A stretch of DNA of 64,000 bases from Clostridium sp. CAG:1000 (GCA_000436975.1 HG000340.1:3864-67863); one strand, 5' to 3'. Shown: positions 37,794 through 47,098, counted from the first letter of the stretch. Notes: a model not told the origin generated them from the sequence alone. Translations and numbers: made by a program.

Positions 37794-38552
37794 ATGAAAA
37801 AGAAGTATGATAGTGATATTAAAAATAATGTTAATAAACTATTAGATAGAATTATTATTGTTTTAATAGTATTGATTGTTATAAGTGGTGTGTTCTTACT
37901 TATTAGAAAAGAAGAATATAATAAAACAATTATAGAAATAAATGATAGTAAATTAAGTGTAGGCGCTATAGAAAAAGAAATTAGTGTTAAAGAAGAAATA
38001 GACTCTTTAAAGAAAAAATATAATAATAATGATGTAATAGGTATCCTTAGTATAGATAATGAAATTAATACTCCAATTGCTCAAACAAAAGATAACCAGT
38101 TTTATTTAAAAAAATCATTATCATTACAAAAAAGTGTATTAGGCGCTGTATTTATGGATTATAGAGTCAATAAAGATTCAAAACAAATAAATATATATGG
38201 ACATAATAGTACTAAATATAAACCTCCTTTTAATGCATTAGAAGGATATTTAAAAAAAGAATACTATAATGAACATAAAAGTATTTTATTAAAAATAGAT
38301 AATGAAATAAAACAATATGAAATATTTAGTATAGTTCTTGCTGATAAAAAAAGTACTGAAGAACATATGAATCTAAATTATAAAAAAGATTCTGATTGGT
38401 TAAAACACTTTAATAGACTAAAGAAAAGAAGTATTTATAAAACAAATATTGAATTAAATGAAAATGATAAAGTACTTGTACTTCAAACTTGTTTATTTGG
38501 TAAATATAAAGGTAAACTAATGGTAGTAGTTGCTAGATTAATAGAAGAATAA
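37794..38552 (+). CDS. srtB: Class B sortase
   Basis: Starts 1 nt after the dnaE stop. N-terminal TM segment. GILSIDNEINTPIAQTKDNQFYLKKS, NIYGHN and the catalytic LVLQTC motif are present. Confidence 0.8.
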   Translation: MKKKYDSDIKNNVNKLLDRIIIVLIVLIVISGVFLLIRKEEYNKTIIEINDSKLSVGAIEKEISVKEEIDSLKKKYNNNDVIGILSIDNEINTPIAQTKDNQFYLKKSLSLQKSVLGAVFMDYRVNKDSKQINIYGHNSTKYKPPFNALEGYLKKEYYNEHKSILLKIDNEIKQYEIFSIVLADKKSTEEHMNLNYKKDSDWLKHFNRLKKRSIYKTNIELNENDKVLVLQTCLFGKYKGKLMVVVARLIEE

Positions 38553-38573
38553 CTTGCGTATGCAAGTTTTTTT
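38551..38573 (+). terminator. Rho-independent terminator after srtB
   Basis: Hairpin aacttgc/gcaagtt followed by T7. Confidence 0.75.
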
Positions 38574-38690
38574 AATCAATATTATTAAGGCGTTAACTTC
38601 AATTTGACTAAATGTCAATCATTTGTAAATTGACTATTATTAATTTAAAATGATACAATCTTATTATGATAATAGAAGGAGTAAGATAAA

Positions 38691-39833
38691 ATGAAAAATA
38701 AAGGATTTACATTAGTAGAATTACTAGCAGTAATAGCAATACTTGCAATACTAGTTATAATAGCACTTCCAAACGTACTTAAAATGTTTAATGATTCTAA
38801 AAAGAATAGTTTCTTAACAGAAGCAAAAACAATATACAGTGAAGCATCTAAAAAATACATATCTGAAACTATGAAAGGAAATAAACTAACTTATATTAGT
38901 TCGGAAGATAATACTAAATTAGAAATGACAGGAAGAGATTTACAATATTGTGTACTCTTAAATGCTGATGGATCAGTTAAAAGTATGAAAGTATCAAATG
39001 GAGAGTGGATAGCAGAATTACCATCTGGTAAAAAGATAACTGATTTAAATAGTAGTGACTTAAAAGACGGAAACTTAGATAATGAAGAATGTGGTCCTAA
39101 AAAACCAAAAACTTTTGCAGAAGATGATTGGGATACAATAGCAAGTGTTGCTAAGAGTTGTACTGATAATCCAGACTCATGTCCATATAGTGTAGGTAAT
39201 GAAAAAGAAGTAAAACTAAAAAAATATGGAACACATAAAGTAAGGATAGCAAATTTAAAATCACCAACAAAAGAAGGATGTGGAACAAATGGCTTTTCAG
39301 AAAGTGCATGTGGATTTGTAGTAGAGTTTACTGATATAATAACTACACATAATATGAATCCAAGCGGAGAATATAAAGGAACAACATATAATTCGGGTTG
39401 GAATAAAGATGGATGGCCAAAAAGTCAAATGAAAACATTTATAGATAATGATATTTATAATTCATTACCACAAGAATTAAAGAGTGTAATCATTACTACT
39501 GAAACAGTATCAGGTCATGGACCTGAAGATACAAATAACTTTACATCAATAGATAAGCTATATTTACTTTCAGTTGCAGAAGTATGGAAAGAAGGTCATT
39601 CTACAGCTTGGAATAAAACAAGACAATTGGATTATTATAATGAGAAAGGCGTGACTACAAGTAGTTATGCTAGTGCAATAAAGAAAAATAATGGCACTGC
39701 CTCTTGGTGGTTTTTACGTTGTGCTCAGAGTAATAATGATTCCCGTTTTTTAGAAGTTACTAGCAGCGGTAATGAAAACACTCTGAATGCATCTGCGGCG
39801 GATGGCGTCTCTCCAGCTTTCCGAATTGGATAA
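38691..39833 (+). CDS. Prepilin-type N-terminal domain fused to a large C-terminal globular domain (DUF6273-like by memory)
   Basis: MKNKG|FTLVELLAVIAILAILV signal. C-terminal motifs KLYLLSVAEVW, ASWWFLRCA and DGVSPAFRIG. Confidence 0.8.
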   Translation: MKNKGFTLVELLAVIAILAILVIIALPNVLKMFNDSKKNSFLTEAKTIYSEASKKYISETMKGNKLTYISSEDNTKLEMTGRDLQYCVLLNADGSVKSMKVSNGEWIAELPSGKKITDLNSSDLKDGNLDNEECGPKKPKTFAEDDWDTIASVAKSCTDNPDSCPYSVGNEKEVKLKKYGTHKVRIANLKSPTKEGCGTNGFSESACGFVVEFTDIITTHNMNPSGEYKGTTYNSGWNKDGWPKSQMKTFIDNDIYNSLPQELKSVIITTETVSGHGPEDTNNFTSIDKLYLLSVAEVWKEGHSTAWNKTRQLDYYNEKGVTTSSYASAIKKNNGTASWWFLRCAQSNNDSRFLEVTSSGNENTLNASAADGVSPAFRIG

Positions 39834-39845
39834 AATAATATGCAA

Positions 39846-39880
39846 ATAAAAAACCCATTCAATAGAGTGGGTATTTTTTT
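39846..39880. terminator. Bidirectional terminator between convergent genes
   Basis: Hairpin accca/tgggt flanked by an A-run and a T-run. Confidence 0.6.
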
Positions 39881-39883
39881 ATA

Positions 39884-41710
39884 TTAATTGAATCTTTTCT
39901 TTAATAGAATTGTTCCTGCTAGTAATAGAGAACTTAATGAGAAGATTACTTCTGGTAAGTTACTATCTTCAACACCTGTTTTAGGGAAAGCAGGATCAAC
40001 TATATCTCCTCCCATACCACCAACAAATGAATAAATATAAATAACTTCTTGGTTATCTAAAGTATATTTACCAGTTTTATTTCCTTTTACTTCTATTAAT
40101 TCATAGTATTCAAATTCTTTTTCTGATGAAGTATATTCACTATCAACTTTACCTCTTAAAATAATATTTTCTGAAAGTTCTTTTCCTTCATCATCAATAT
40201 ATTTTACAGTTACATTTCCATATAATCCATGTGCTGCTTTTAAGGTTAATTTATTTGTATATTTTCCTGATGTTTTTTCTAATACATATAAATTATCTTT
40301 GTTTTCATCATGTGAATTATATCTTTTTTCTTCGTTATCATCATACCAACCATCTATTTTGTCAGTACAATCTTTTTCTGTTTTATCTTTATCTTTGTAA
40401 CCACCGTTTAATTCCCAATCATCATGAGTATTACCAAATGTGATATTTGCATTTTCATCATTATAAATATCATCTGATGATACTTCTGCGTGATTATTAT
40501 TTATAATAACACTATCATCTATAGTAAGATTACCAGCATTATGAATACCACCACCGATTTGTAGTTTTTCAGCAAAATTATTAATAATTGTTCCTGCTTC
40601 AAGCTTTAAATCACCAGTTTTATGTACATAAATACCTGAACCGTTATTATTTTGAATAGTTAATTTAGTAGTTTTATCAATTATTGAATCTTTACCTGCA
40701 ACATATAATGCTCCTGGTATTGTCCATTTACTTGATATACTACATTTGTTATTTTCAATGTTTACAATTGAATTATTTTGAACTTTTAATGTACCACCAA
40801 CATGTATTCCATTAGCACCATTATTATTAGCATTAACAGTTGAATTATCAATAGTTAATAAACCTGCTGATAGACCATGATCACCATTATTATTAAAGTT
40901 TACTTTTGAATCATAAAATTCAAAATGTGATCCGTTTGAACCATTACCACTACTGTTGACTACATCTACATTACTGTTATATGTTTTTACAGTGAATGTT
41001 CCTGTAAATCCTGAACGGTTATTATCACTTAAATATGATGAGTTATCAAGTAGGATATTGTAACCACCATCTCCACCATCCCATTCTAATGCATCTTGTT
41101 TGTAGTTTTTGATTGTAAGTGTTGAGTTTTTTAAACTAAGTACATTATTACCACAAAAGTAGATTGCATGAGTGTTATTTTTTGACTTACCAGCAGCATC
41201 AATTGTCATATTAGTGTTTTCTAATATTAGCTTTGCATCAGCTGATGATGCGATTGCCATCCAATTCCATTCTGATGTATATGGAGTAGAAGTAATTCCA
41301 TTCATACTAACTGTCATATTTTTGAAAGTTAGAGAGTACTTCCACATTGCGATACCTTTATTAGTAAATGTTAAGGTATGTTTTTTACCATCAATAGTTA
41401 AGTTATGCTTAAGATCAATACCTTCTGTAGTTGCATTACTTAATAAAATGATAGTATCACCATCTTTACTAGCAGCATATGCTTCATCAAATGTTTCATA
41501 TTTTGTGTCATTGATTTGTGCTACATAGTTTTTAACTTCTTGTTCTTCATTTGTTGTATCTTCATTTTGTGTAGTAGTTTCGTCTACTTGAGTATTTTCT
41601 TCTACTACAGCTTTAACTTCATTATCATTTTCAAGTACAGGCATTTCTTCTGCATTTAGTGTATTTAAAAGAAATGTACTTGATAACAATACAGTTAAAA
41701 ATTTCTTCAT
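39884..41710 (-). CDS. Cell-wall-anchored surface protein: beta-helix repeats, MucBP-like domain, PKTG sorting signal
   Basis: GGAGG RBS and signal peptide MKKFLTVLLSSTFLLNTLNA. Repeated NNNG-x-G-(I/L) units suggest a parallel beta-helix. VTVKYIDDEGKEL is MucBP-like. The C-terminus has AFPKTG (39974-39985), a hydrophobic stretch, then KKRFN. Confidence 0.8.
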   Translation of the reverse strand: MKKFLTVLLSSTFLLNTLNAEEMPVLENDNEVKAVVEENTQVDETTTQNEDTTNEEQEVKNYVAQINDTKYETFDEAYAASKDGDTIILLSNATTEGIDLKHNLTIDGKKHTLTFTNKGIAMWKYSLTFKNMTVSMNGITSTPYTSEWNWMAIASSADAKLILENTNMTIDAAGKSKNNTHAIYFCGNNVLSLKNSTLTIKNYKQDALEWDGGDGGYNILLDNSSYLSDNNRSGFTGTFTVKTYNSNVDVVNSSGNGSNGSHFEFYDSKVNFNNNGDHGLSAGLLTIDNSTVNANNNGANGIHVGGTLKVQNNSIVNIENNKCSISSKWTIPGALYVAGKDSIIDKTTKLTIQNNNGSGIYVHKTGDLKLEAGTIINNFAEKLQIGGGIHNAGNLTIDDSVIINNNHAEVSSDDIYNDENANITFGNTHDDWELNGGYKDKDKTEKDCTDKIDGWYDDNEEKRYNSHDENKDNLYVLEKTSGKYTNKLTLKAAHGLYGNVTVKYIDDEGKELSENIILRGKVDSEYTSSEKEFEYYELIEVKGNKTGKYTLDNQEVIYIYSFVGGMGGDIVDPAFPKTGVEDSNLPEVIFSLSSLLLAGTILLKKRFN

Positions 41711-41899
41711 TTTCCAAAACCTCCATAATATTTTATGACATATGTCACTTGTTGGGACGTTATTATAAGGATAGTTTTAATAATTGTCAAGTTTTTTTAA
41801 TAAATTATTAATATTAATTAAAAAAGTATTAACTTAAAGTTTGTTGAAATTTTTTCTCAAAAATGATATATTTATATTAATGGAAAATAGGTGTTTAAT

Positions 41900-44350
41900 A
41901 TGAGTATGTCAGATAAAATATTCGGAACATATACACAGAGAAATAGAACTAGAGTAAATGACACTGTTAAAAAGATTTGTGCGCTTGAAGACAAATACAA
42001 ATCTATGTCTGATAGTGAACTTTCATCTCAAACAGATATGTTTAGAAAAAGACTTAAAAATGGAGAAACTGAAGAAGATATTATGGTCGAGGCTTTTGCA
42101 GTTTGTAGAGAAGCAACAAGGAGATGCCTTGGTATGTTTCATTATGAGGTTCAGCTAGCTTCAGCAGTAGCGATGCAAGATAATTGCATTAGTGAGATGA
42201 AAACCGGTGAAGGAAAAACGTTGGTACAAATATTAGTGGCGTATTTAAATGCTATTAGTGGTAAGGGTGTCCATGTTATGACATCAAATGACTACTTGAC
42301 AGAAAGGGACTGCAAAGAAAATAGCAAAGTATATGAATTTCTTGGACTTTCTTGTGGCTTTGTGCCTGAGAATAGAACTAGAAAAATAACTCGTGAAGAG
42401 AAGCAAAAACTTTATTCTTGCGATATAGTTTATGCTAAAGCATCAACAATTGGTTTTGATTATTTAAATGATAATTTAGTTAAAAAAGAAAGTGATAGAT
42501 ATATTAAAAGACCATTTCATTTTGCTATAGTTGATGAGGTTGATAGTATACTTCTTGATGAGGCAAGTACAGCAATGATTTTAAGTAGTAGTAAAACAGA
42601 TTCAGCAGATCCACTTGATAATAGAAACTTATGTGAGTGGGCAAGGGATTTTATTAAAAAATATGATTGTAAGGTGGTTGCTCAAAAAACTAATATAGAG
42701 GGTATGACATACACAGGAAGTATACTTTTTCTTGATGAGAAAGAGGTAATGTTATCTACAAGAATGATAAGTGATATGGAAAAATATATACCTGATTTTG
42801 ATATTAATAATCATGATGACTTATTTGAACTAGGTATAAGACAAAATGCAGTTAATAATGCAATACTTGCTGAGTATGCTTATCATAAAGATGTTGACTA
42901 TATAATTGAAAATGGAAAAGAAATTAGTATTATAGATAAAAATACTGGTAGAGTTGCGACTGGTAAAAGATTATCTAATGGGCTTCATGAAGCAATTGAG
43001 GCTAAGGAAAGAGTACCTATTAAAGCAAGTAATATTGTAACAGCTAGATGTACATTTCCTGATTTCTTCTCAATGTATGAAGCTGGGGTATGTGGTATGA
43101 CTGGTACTAGTAATATAGAAGCTTTCAAAGATTTATATCATTTAGAAACATATGAAGTACCAAGTAGAAAACCAAATATTAGAATAGATTATGAAGATGA
43201 AGTATATTTAACTAAGGAAGCTAAATATAAGGCTATAATAAATGAAATAATATCTTGTCATGAAAGACTTGAACCTGTACTTATTGGTACTGATTCAATA
43301 GAAGAAAGTGAAACTATAAGTAGACTTTTAAGTGAAGCAGGAATTAGGCATCAATTATTAAATGCAGTTAGAAATGAAAATGAAAATGGAATCATTAAAA
43401 ACGCTGGCCTTCTTGGTAAAGTGACTGTAACAACGAATATGGCTGGTCGTGGTACTGATATAAAACTAGGGCCGGGTGTTTTAGAAGTAGGAGGCCTTCA
43501 TGTTATTAGTACAACTTATAATAAGAGTGAAAGAATAGACAATCAATTAAGAGGTAGAGCAGCAAGGCAAGGAGATCCCGGAAGTAGTAAATGTTTTGTG
43601 TCTCTTGAAGATGAAATAGTTGCTGAAAATGATTCTTTACTTGCTATTAGTCCAAAAGTTGCAATGTTAAAGGCTACCCATCCTTATGATAGAGTAACAA
43701 GTGAATCTATTTGTAAAAGAGTTAAAGCATGTCAATCTAAGAGGGAAAGTAAAGATGCTGAGGCAAGAAAAACAGAAGAAGAGTTTGGTAAAATAATAAC
43801 TGAACAAAAGAATATATTCTATCGTCAAAGAGATGAAGTGTTAAAAAGTAAAAATATAAGTGAGGTACTTAGTGGAATAATAGATGGGTATACTACTTAT
43901 TTATCTTCTAAAAGTCCTGAGGATATAGTGACTTTAATTGGACAGTTTGTACCTTCACAAATGATATATTCCTGTGATTTTACAAGTCCTTTAAAACTAA
44001 AAGAAAGTCTTAGTAAATTATTTAGTGGAAGAATTTCATATTTAGAAAATTCTGGTTCTATTGCTAATTATTCTGAAAAAGTTAGAGGTAAATTATTAAG
44101 CGTTATTGATGAATACTATGTAAATATTTTAAATCAATTAACACAGGATAGGGTTGGCGCTGGACTTACTGCTTATTCTGGTAAAAATATATTTGATGAA
44201 TATAGGAGTTATGCTTATGAACTTTTAAATACTATAACGCCTTATATTCAAAATGAATTTCTTGCTTACGCTATGAGACCTGCATTAAGATATGGAAGTT
44301 ATATACCTAACTTTGCAGGGGTTAGTGAAGAAAAAGGAGTTGTATTATAA
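41900..44350 (+). CDS. secA: SecA-family preprotein translocase ATPase, divergent and short (possibly accessory SecA2)
   Basis: AGGTG RBS. MKTGEGKTL Walker A, DEVDSILLDEA, TNMAGRGTDIKLG and NQLRGRAARQGDPGSS are present. There is no C-terminal zinc-finger tail. Several canonical blocks are altered (TAMILSSS, TTYNKSERID). Confidence 0.85.
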   Translation: MSMSDKIFGTYTQRNRTRVNDTVKKICALEDKYKSMSDSELSSQTDMFRKRLKNGETEEDIMVEAFAVCREATRRCLGMFHYEVQLASAVAMQDNCISEMKTGEGKTLVQILVAYLNAISGKGVHVMTSNDYLTERDCKENSKVYEFLGLSCGFVPENRTRKITREEKQKLYSCDIVYAKASTIGFDYLNDNLVKKESDRYIKRPFHFAIVDEVDSILLDEASTAMILSSSKTDSADPLDNRNLCEWARDFIKKYDCKVVAQKTNIEGMTYTGSILFLDEKEVMLSTRMISDMEKYIPDFDINNHDDLFELGIRQNAVNNAILAEYAYHKDVDYIIENGKEISIIDKNTGRVATGKRLSNGLHEAIEAKERVPIKASNIVTARCTFPDFFSMYEAGVCGMTGTSNIEAFKDLYHLETYEVPSRKPNIRIDYEDEVYLTKEAKYKAIINEIISCHERLEPVLIGTDSIEESETISRLLSEAGIRHQLLNAVRNENENGIIKNAGLLGKVTVTTNMAGRGTDIKLGPGVLEVGGLHVISTTYNKSERIDNQLRGRAARQGDPGSSKCFVSLEDEIVAENDSLLAISPKVAMLKATHPYDRVTSESICKRVKACQSKRESKDAEARKTEEEFGKIITEQKNIFYRQRDEVLKSKNISEVLSGIIDGYTTYLSSKSPEDIVTLIGQFVPSQMIYSCDFTSPLKLKESLSKLFSGRISYLENSGSIANYSEKVRGKLLSVIDEYYVNILNQLTQDRVGAGLTAYSGKNIFDEYRSYAYELLNTITPYIQNEFLAYAMRPALRYGSYIPNFAGVSEEKGVVL

Positions 44351-44823
44351 TGAAAACATTTGTAAATATTATAAGAGGAATTATTATTTCATATTTAGTT
44401 ATTTTTGCATTAATTCAAGTAGTTTTATTTACTAAAAGAAAAATATATAAAGAACCACTTCCAACTATAATAGATGGTTACTCATACATAATAGTTAAAG
44501 GAAATGGACTTTCTCCTGAGATCAAAAGTGGTAAACTAGTTATATTTGAAAAAAAAGATAATTATGAAAAAGATGATTATATTATATATCAAGATGGTGA
44601 AAAATATTTAGTAGCAAAAGTTCTTGATAACGAATTATATAAATATAAAGTGTTAAATGAGAATAATGAAACTATTTCTCTTGAAGATAAAGATTTACTT
44701 GCTAAGGTTATATATAATAATGATTTATTTAGTTCAATAATTAAAATACTTATTAATCCTATAATGATTGTTATTTTATTGTTTATTGGGACTATATTTC
44801 CTGAATTTATATTTAATAAATAG
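44350..44823 (+). CDS. SipW-like (type I signal peptidase fold) membrane protein, apparently without the catalytic Ser/His
   Basis: ATG overlaps the secA stop (TAATG). TM segments at both ends. The core GYSYIIVKGNGLSPEIKSGKLVIF...DDYIIYQDGEKYLVAKVL aligns by eye with SipW ...LSGSMEPEFNTGSLILV...VTHRIV. Confidence 0.45.
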   Translation: MKTFVNIIRGIIISYLVIFALIQVVLFTKRKIYKEPLPTIIDGYSYIIVKGNGLSPEIKSGKLVIFEKKDNYEKDDYIIYQDGEKYLVAKVLDNELYKYKVLNENNETISLEDKDLLAKVIYNNDLFSSIIKILINPIMIVILLFIGTIFPEFIFNK

Positions 44824-44842
44824 ACGAAAGTCTATTTTTTTT
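44821..44842 (+). terminator. Rho-independent terminator
   Basis: Hairpin tagac/gtcta followed by T8. Confidence 0.6.
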
Positions 44843-44898
44843 GTAATAAAATGTGCGTTATTTCATAAATATTACTATAAGTTAGAAAGAGGGTAATT

Positions 44899-46374
44899 AT
44901 GGATAAAACACAGATAATAAAAAGTCTTGATAAAAAGTCTGGCGGGGAGATATATTTAGGTGTAGTAGGTGCTGTTAGAACTGGAAAGAGTACTTTTATA
45001 AAGAAATGTATTGAAACATTGATACTTCCATATATTGATGATCCTATGGAGAAAAAAAGATGTATGGATGAGATACCACAAACTGCTCAGGGTAAAACTA
45101 TTATGACAATTGAGCCTAAATTTGTACCAAGTAGTGGTGCTAATATTAAAATAGATGAAATGACTACTAATATTAAATTAGTTGATTGTGTTGGATTTGT
45201 TACTCCTGATGCACTTGGTTATCAAGATGAGATAGGTAATCCTAGAATGGTAAAAACGCCATGGTTTACAGAAGAACTACCATTTATGGAAGCGGCTGAG
45301 ATTGGTACTGAAAAAGTAATTAAAGATCATGCAACTATTGGTATTGTTGTAACTACTGATGGCTCTATTGGAGAATTATCTAGAAGTAATTATGTATCTG
45401 CTGAAGAAAAGGTTATCACTGAGTTAAAAAGCATTAATAAACCATTTATAGTAGTTCTTAATTCTACTCATCCAGGAAGTACTGAGACTAAGTCTTTAGC
45501 AGAAAAATTACATGAGAAATATAATATACCAGTAATACCTGTGAGTGTACTAGATATGACTGAAAACGATATTACTAATATATTAAAAGAAGCATTATAT
45601 GAGTTTAATGTTGATCATATTGAGTTTAATATTCCAGATTGGGTAGCTATCTTAAATAGCAATCATCCTGTTAAACAAAAATTTATTGAAAAAATGAAGA
45701 CATCTATTGTTAATGTAGATAAATTAAGAGATGTAGAAAATATTAATATTAATTTAGAAGATGCTCCTGAGATAAGTAAAGCATACGTATCTAATTTAGA
45801 TACTGATAATTCGGAGGTTACTATTACACTTGAAGCAGATGAATCTTTATTTAATGACATATTAAAAGAGTTAGTGGGTGCATCTGTTAATACTAAGGGA
45901 GACTTATTAAAAGTATTCCAAGATTTGAGTGATGGGAGAAGTGAATATGATTCTATTAAGGGCGCTTTAAAACAAGTTTATCAAACAGGATATGGTATAG
46001 TACTTCCAAGACTAAAAGATATGAAACTTGATAAACCCGAAATAATTAAACAAGGTGGTAGATTTGGTATTAAACTTAAAGCTAAAGCTAGTTCTATTCA
46101 TTTAATAAAAGTAGACGTTGAGAGTAGTTTTGAACCTATAATAGGAAGTGAACTTCAAAGTAAAGAATTAATTGATTATATAATGAAAGATAATAAAGAT
46201 CCTGAAAGTATTTGGCAAAGTGAGATATTTGGAAGAAGTCTCGATGAGATAGTACAAGAAGGTATACAAGCTAAGTTATCACTGCTTCCAGACTCTGCTA
46301 AATATAAACTATCACAAACTATAACTAAGATGGTTAATAAAGGAAGTAATAACTTAATAGCAATAGTCTTATAA
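44899..46374 (+). CDS. spoIVA: Stage IV sporulation protein A
   Basis: GEIYLGVVGAVRTGKSTFIKK Walker A, IPQTAQGKTIMTIEPKFVP, and a length of 491 aa. Confidence 0.9.
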   Translation: MDKTQIIKSLDKKSGGEIYLGVVGAVRTGKSTFIKKCIETLILPYIDDPMEKKRCMDEIPQTAQGKTIMTIEPKFVPSSGANIKIDEMTTNIKLVDCVGFVTPDALGYQDEIGNPRMVKTPWFTEELPFMEAAEIGTEKVIKDHATIGIVVTTDGSIGELSRSNYVSAEEKVITELKSINKPFIVVLNSTHPGSTETKSLAEKLHEKYNIPVIPVSVLDMTENDITNILKEALYEFNVDHIEFNIPDWVAILNSNHPVKQKFIEKMKTSIVNVDKLRDVENININLEDAPEISKAYVSNLDTDNSEVTITLEADESLFNDILKELVGASVNTKGDLLKVFQDLSDGRSEYDSIKGALKQVYQTGYGIVLPRLKDMKLDKPEIIKQGGRFGIKLKAKASSIHLIKVDVESSFEPIIGSELQSKELIDYIMKDNKDPESIWQSEIFGRSLDEIVQEGIQAKLSLLPDSAKYKLSQTITKMVNKGSNNLIAIVL

Positions 46375-46389
46375 AAAAGACTATTTTTT
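46362..46389 (+). terminator. Rho-independent terminator after spoIVA
   Basis: Hairpin aatagtctt/aagactatt followed by T6. Confidence 0.7.
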
Positions 46390-46391
46390 GT

Positions 46392-46428
46392 AGTGTTTTT
46401 TCTTTTTATAGCTAATTATTATAATAGG
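46392..46428 (+). repeat. Copy B of the 37-nt promoter-region repeat
   Basis: 36/37 identical to 34086-34122. Contains TATAAT at 46420-46425. Confidence 0.9.
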
Positions 46429-46437
46429 AGGAATAGT

Positions 46438-46599
46438 ATGTATAAATATATAAGAGCACTTGTTTTAGGATATGAAGAAGGCTTAAAAGTAAAACAAAAA
46501 ATTAAAATTAAAAATTATGATAAGAAAAAAATATTGTCTAAATTATATGACATTGGCTATATTGAAGGGGTTAGAAAAAATAATGCTTTAAAAAAATAG
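46438..46599 (+). CDS. Hypothetical 53-aa basic protein
   Basis: AGGAGG RBS before the ATG at 46438 (MYKYIRALVLGYEEGLK...). Confidence 0.5.
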   Translation: MYKYIRALVLGYEEGLKVKQKIKIKNYDKKKILSKLYDIGYIEGVRKNNALKK

Positions 46600-46633
46600 A
46601 AATATATTGTATAATTTATAATAGGTGAAGTAT

Positions 46634-47098
46634 ATGAAAAATGGTTTTACTTTAATGGAAGTTTTACTTGTTATAACAATTGCATCTATAGTAGGTGTAA
46701 GTAGTGTTGTTATGTATGAAACAACTACTAATGTTACTAAGGAAGAAAAATTAAAAAATACTTATGTTGATATACAAAAGGCAGCTTCTCTTTATATGGA
46801 TATTGATTCTAATGCGCTTGAATCTTTTCGTGAAAATAAATATTTAAATGTTCCATTAAGTACTCTAGAATCAAATAATTATGTAGAAGATGAACTTAAG
46901 AATCCTGTTGATAATAGTGATATACCTTCAGATTATGTAGTTAGAATGTATATTGCTAGTTACAATAGTAAAAATTATTTAGATAGTTGTATTATTAAAA
47001 GAAATGGTGAAAAACCAATATGTATATCTAATAGTAAGGGTGAGCCTTGTGGCTGTTGCGATTTTGAGATAAATGATAATAATAAGAGTTGTAAATAG
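46634..47098 (+). CDS. Prepilin-type N-terminal cleavage/methylation domain protein (pilin/pseudopilin)
   Basis: MKNG|FTLMEVLLVITIASIV signal. Six Cys in the C-terminal 40 aa, including CGCC. Confidence 0.8.
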   Translation: MKNGFTLMEVLLVITIASIVGVSSVVMYETTTNVTKEEKLKNTYVDIQKAASLYMDIDSNALESFRENKYLNVPLSTLESNNYVEDELKNPVDNSDIPSDYVVRMYIASYNSKNYLDSCIIKRNGEKPICISNSKGEPCGCCDFEINDNNKSCK

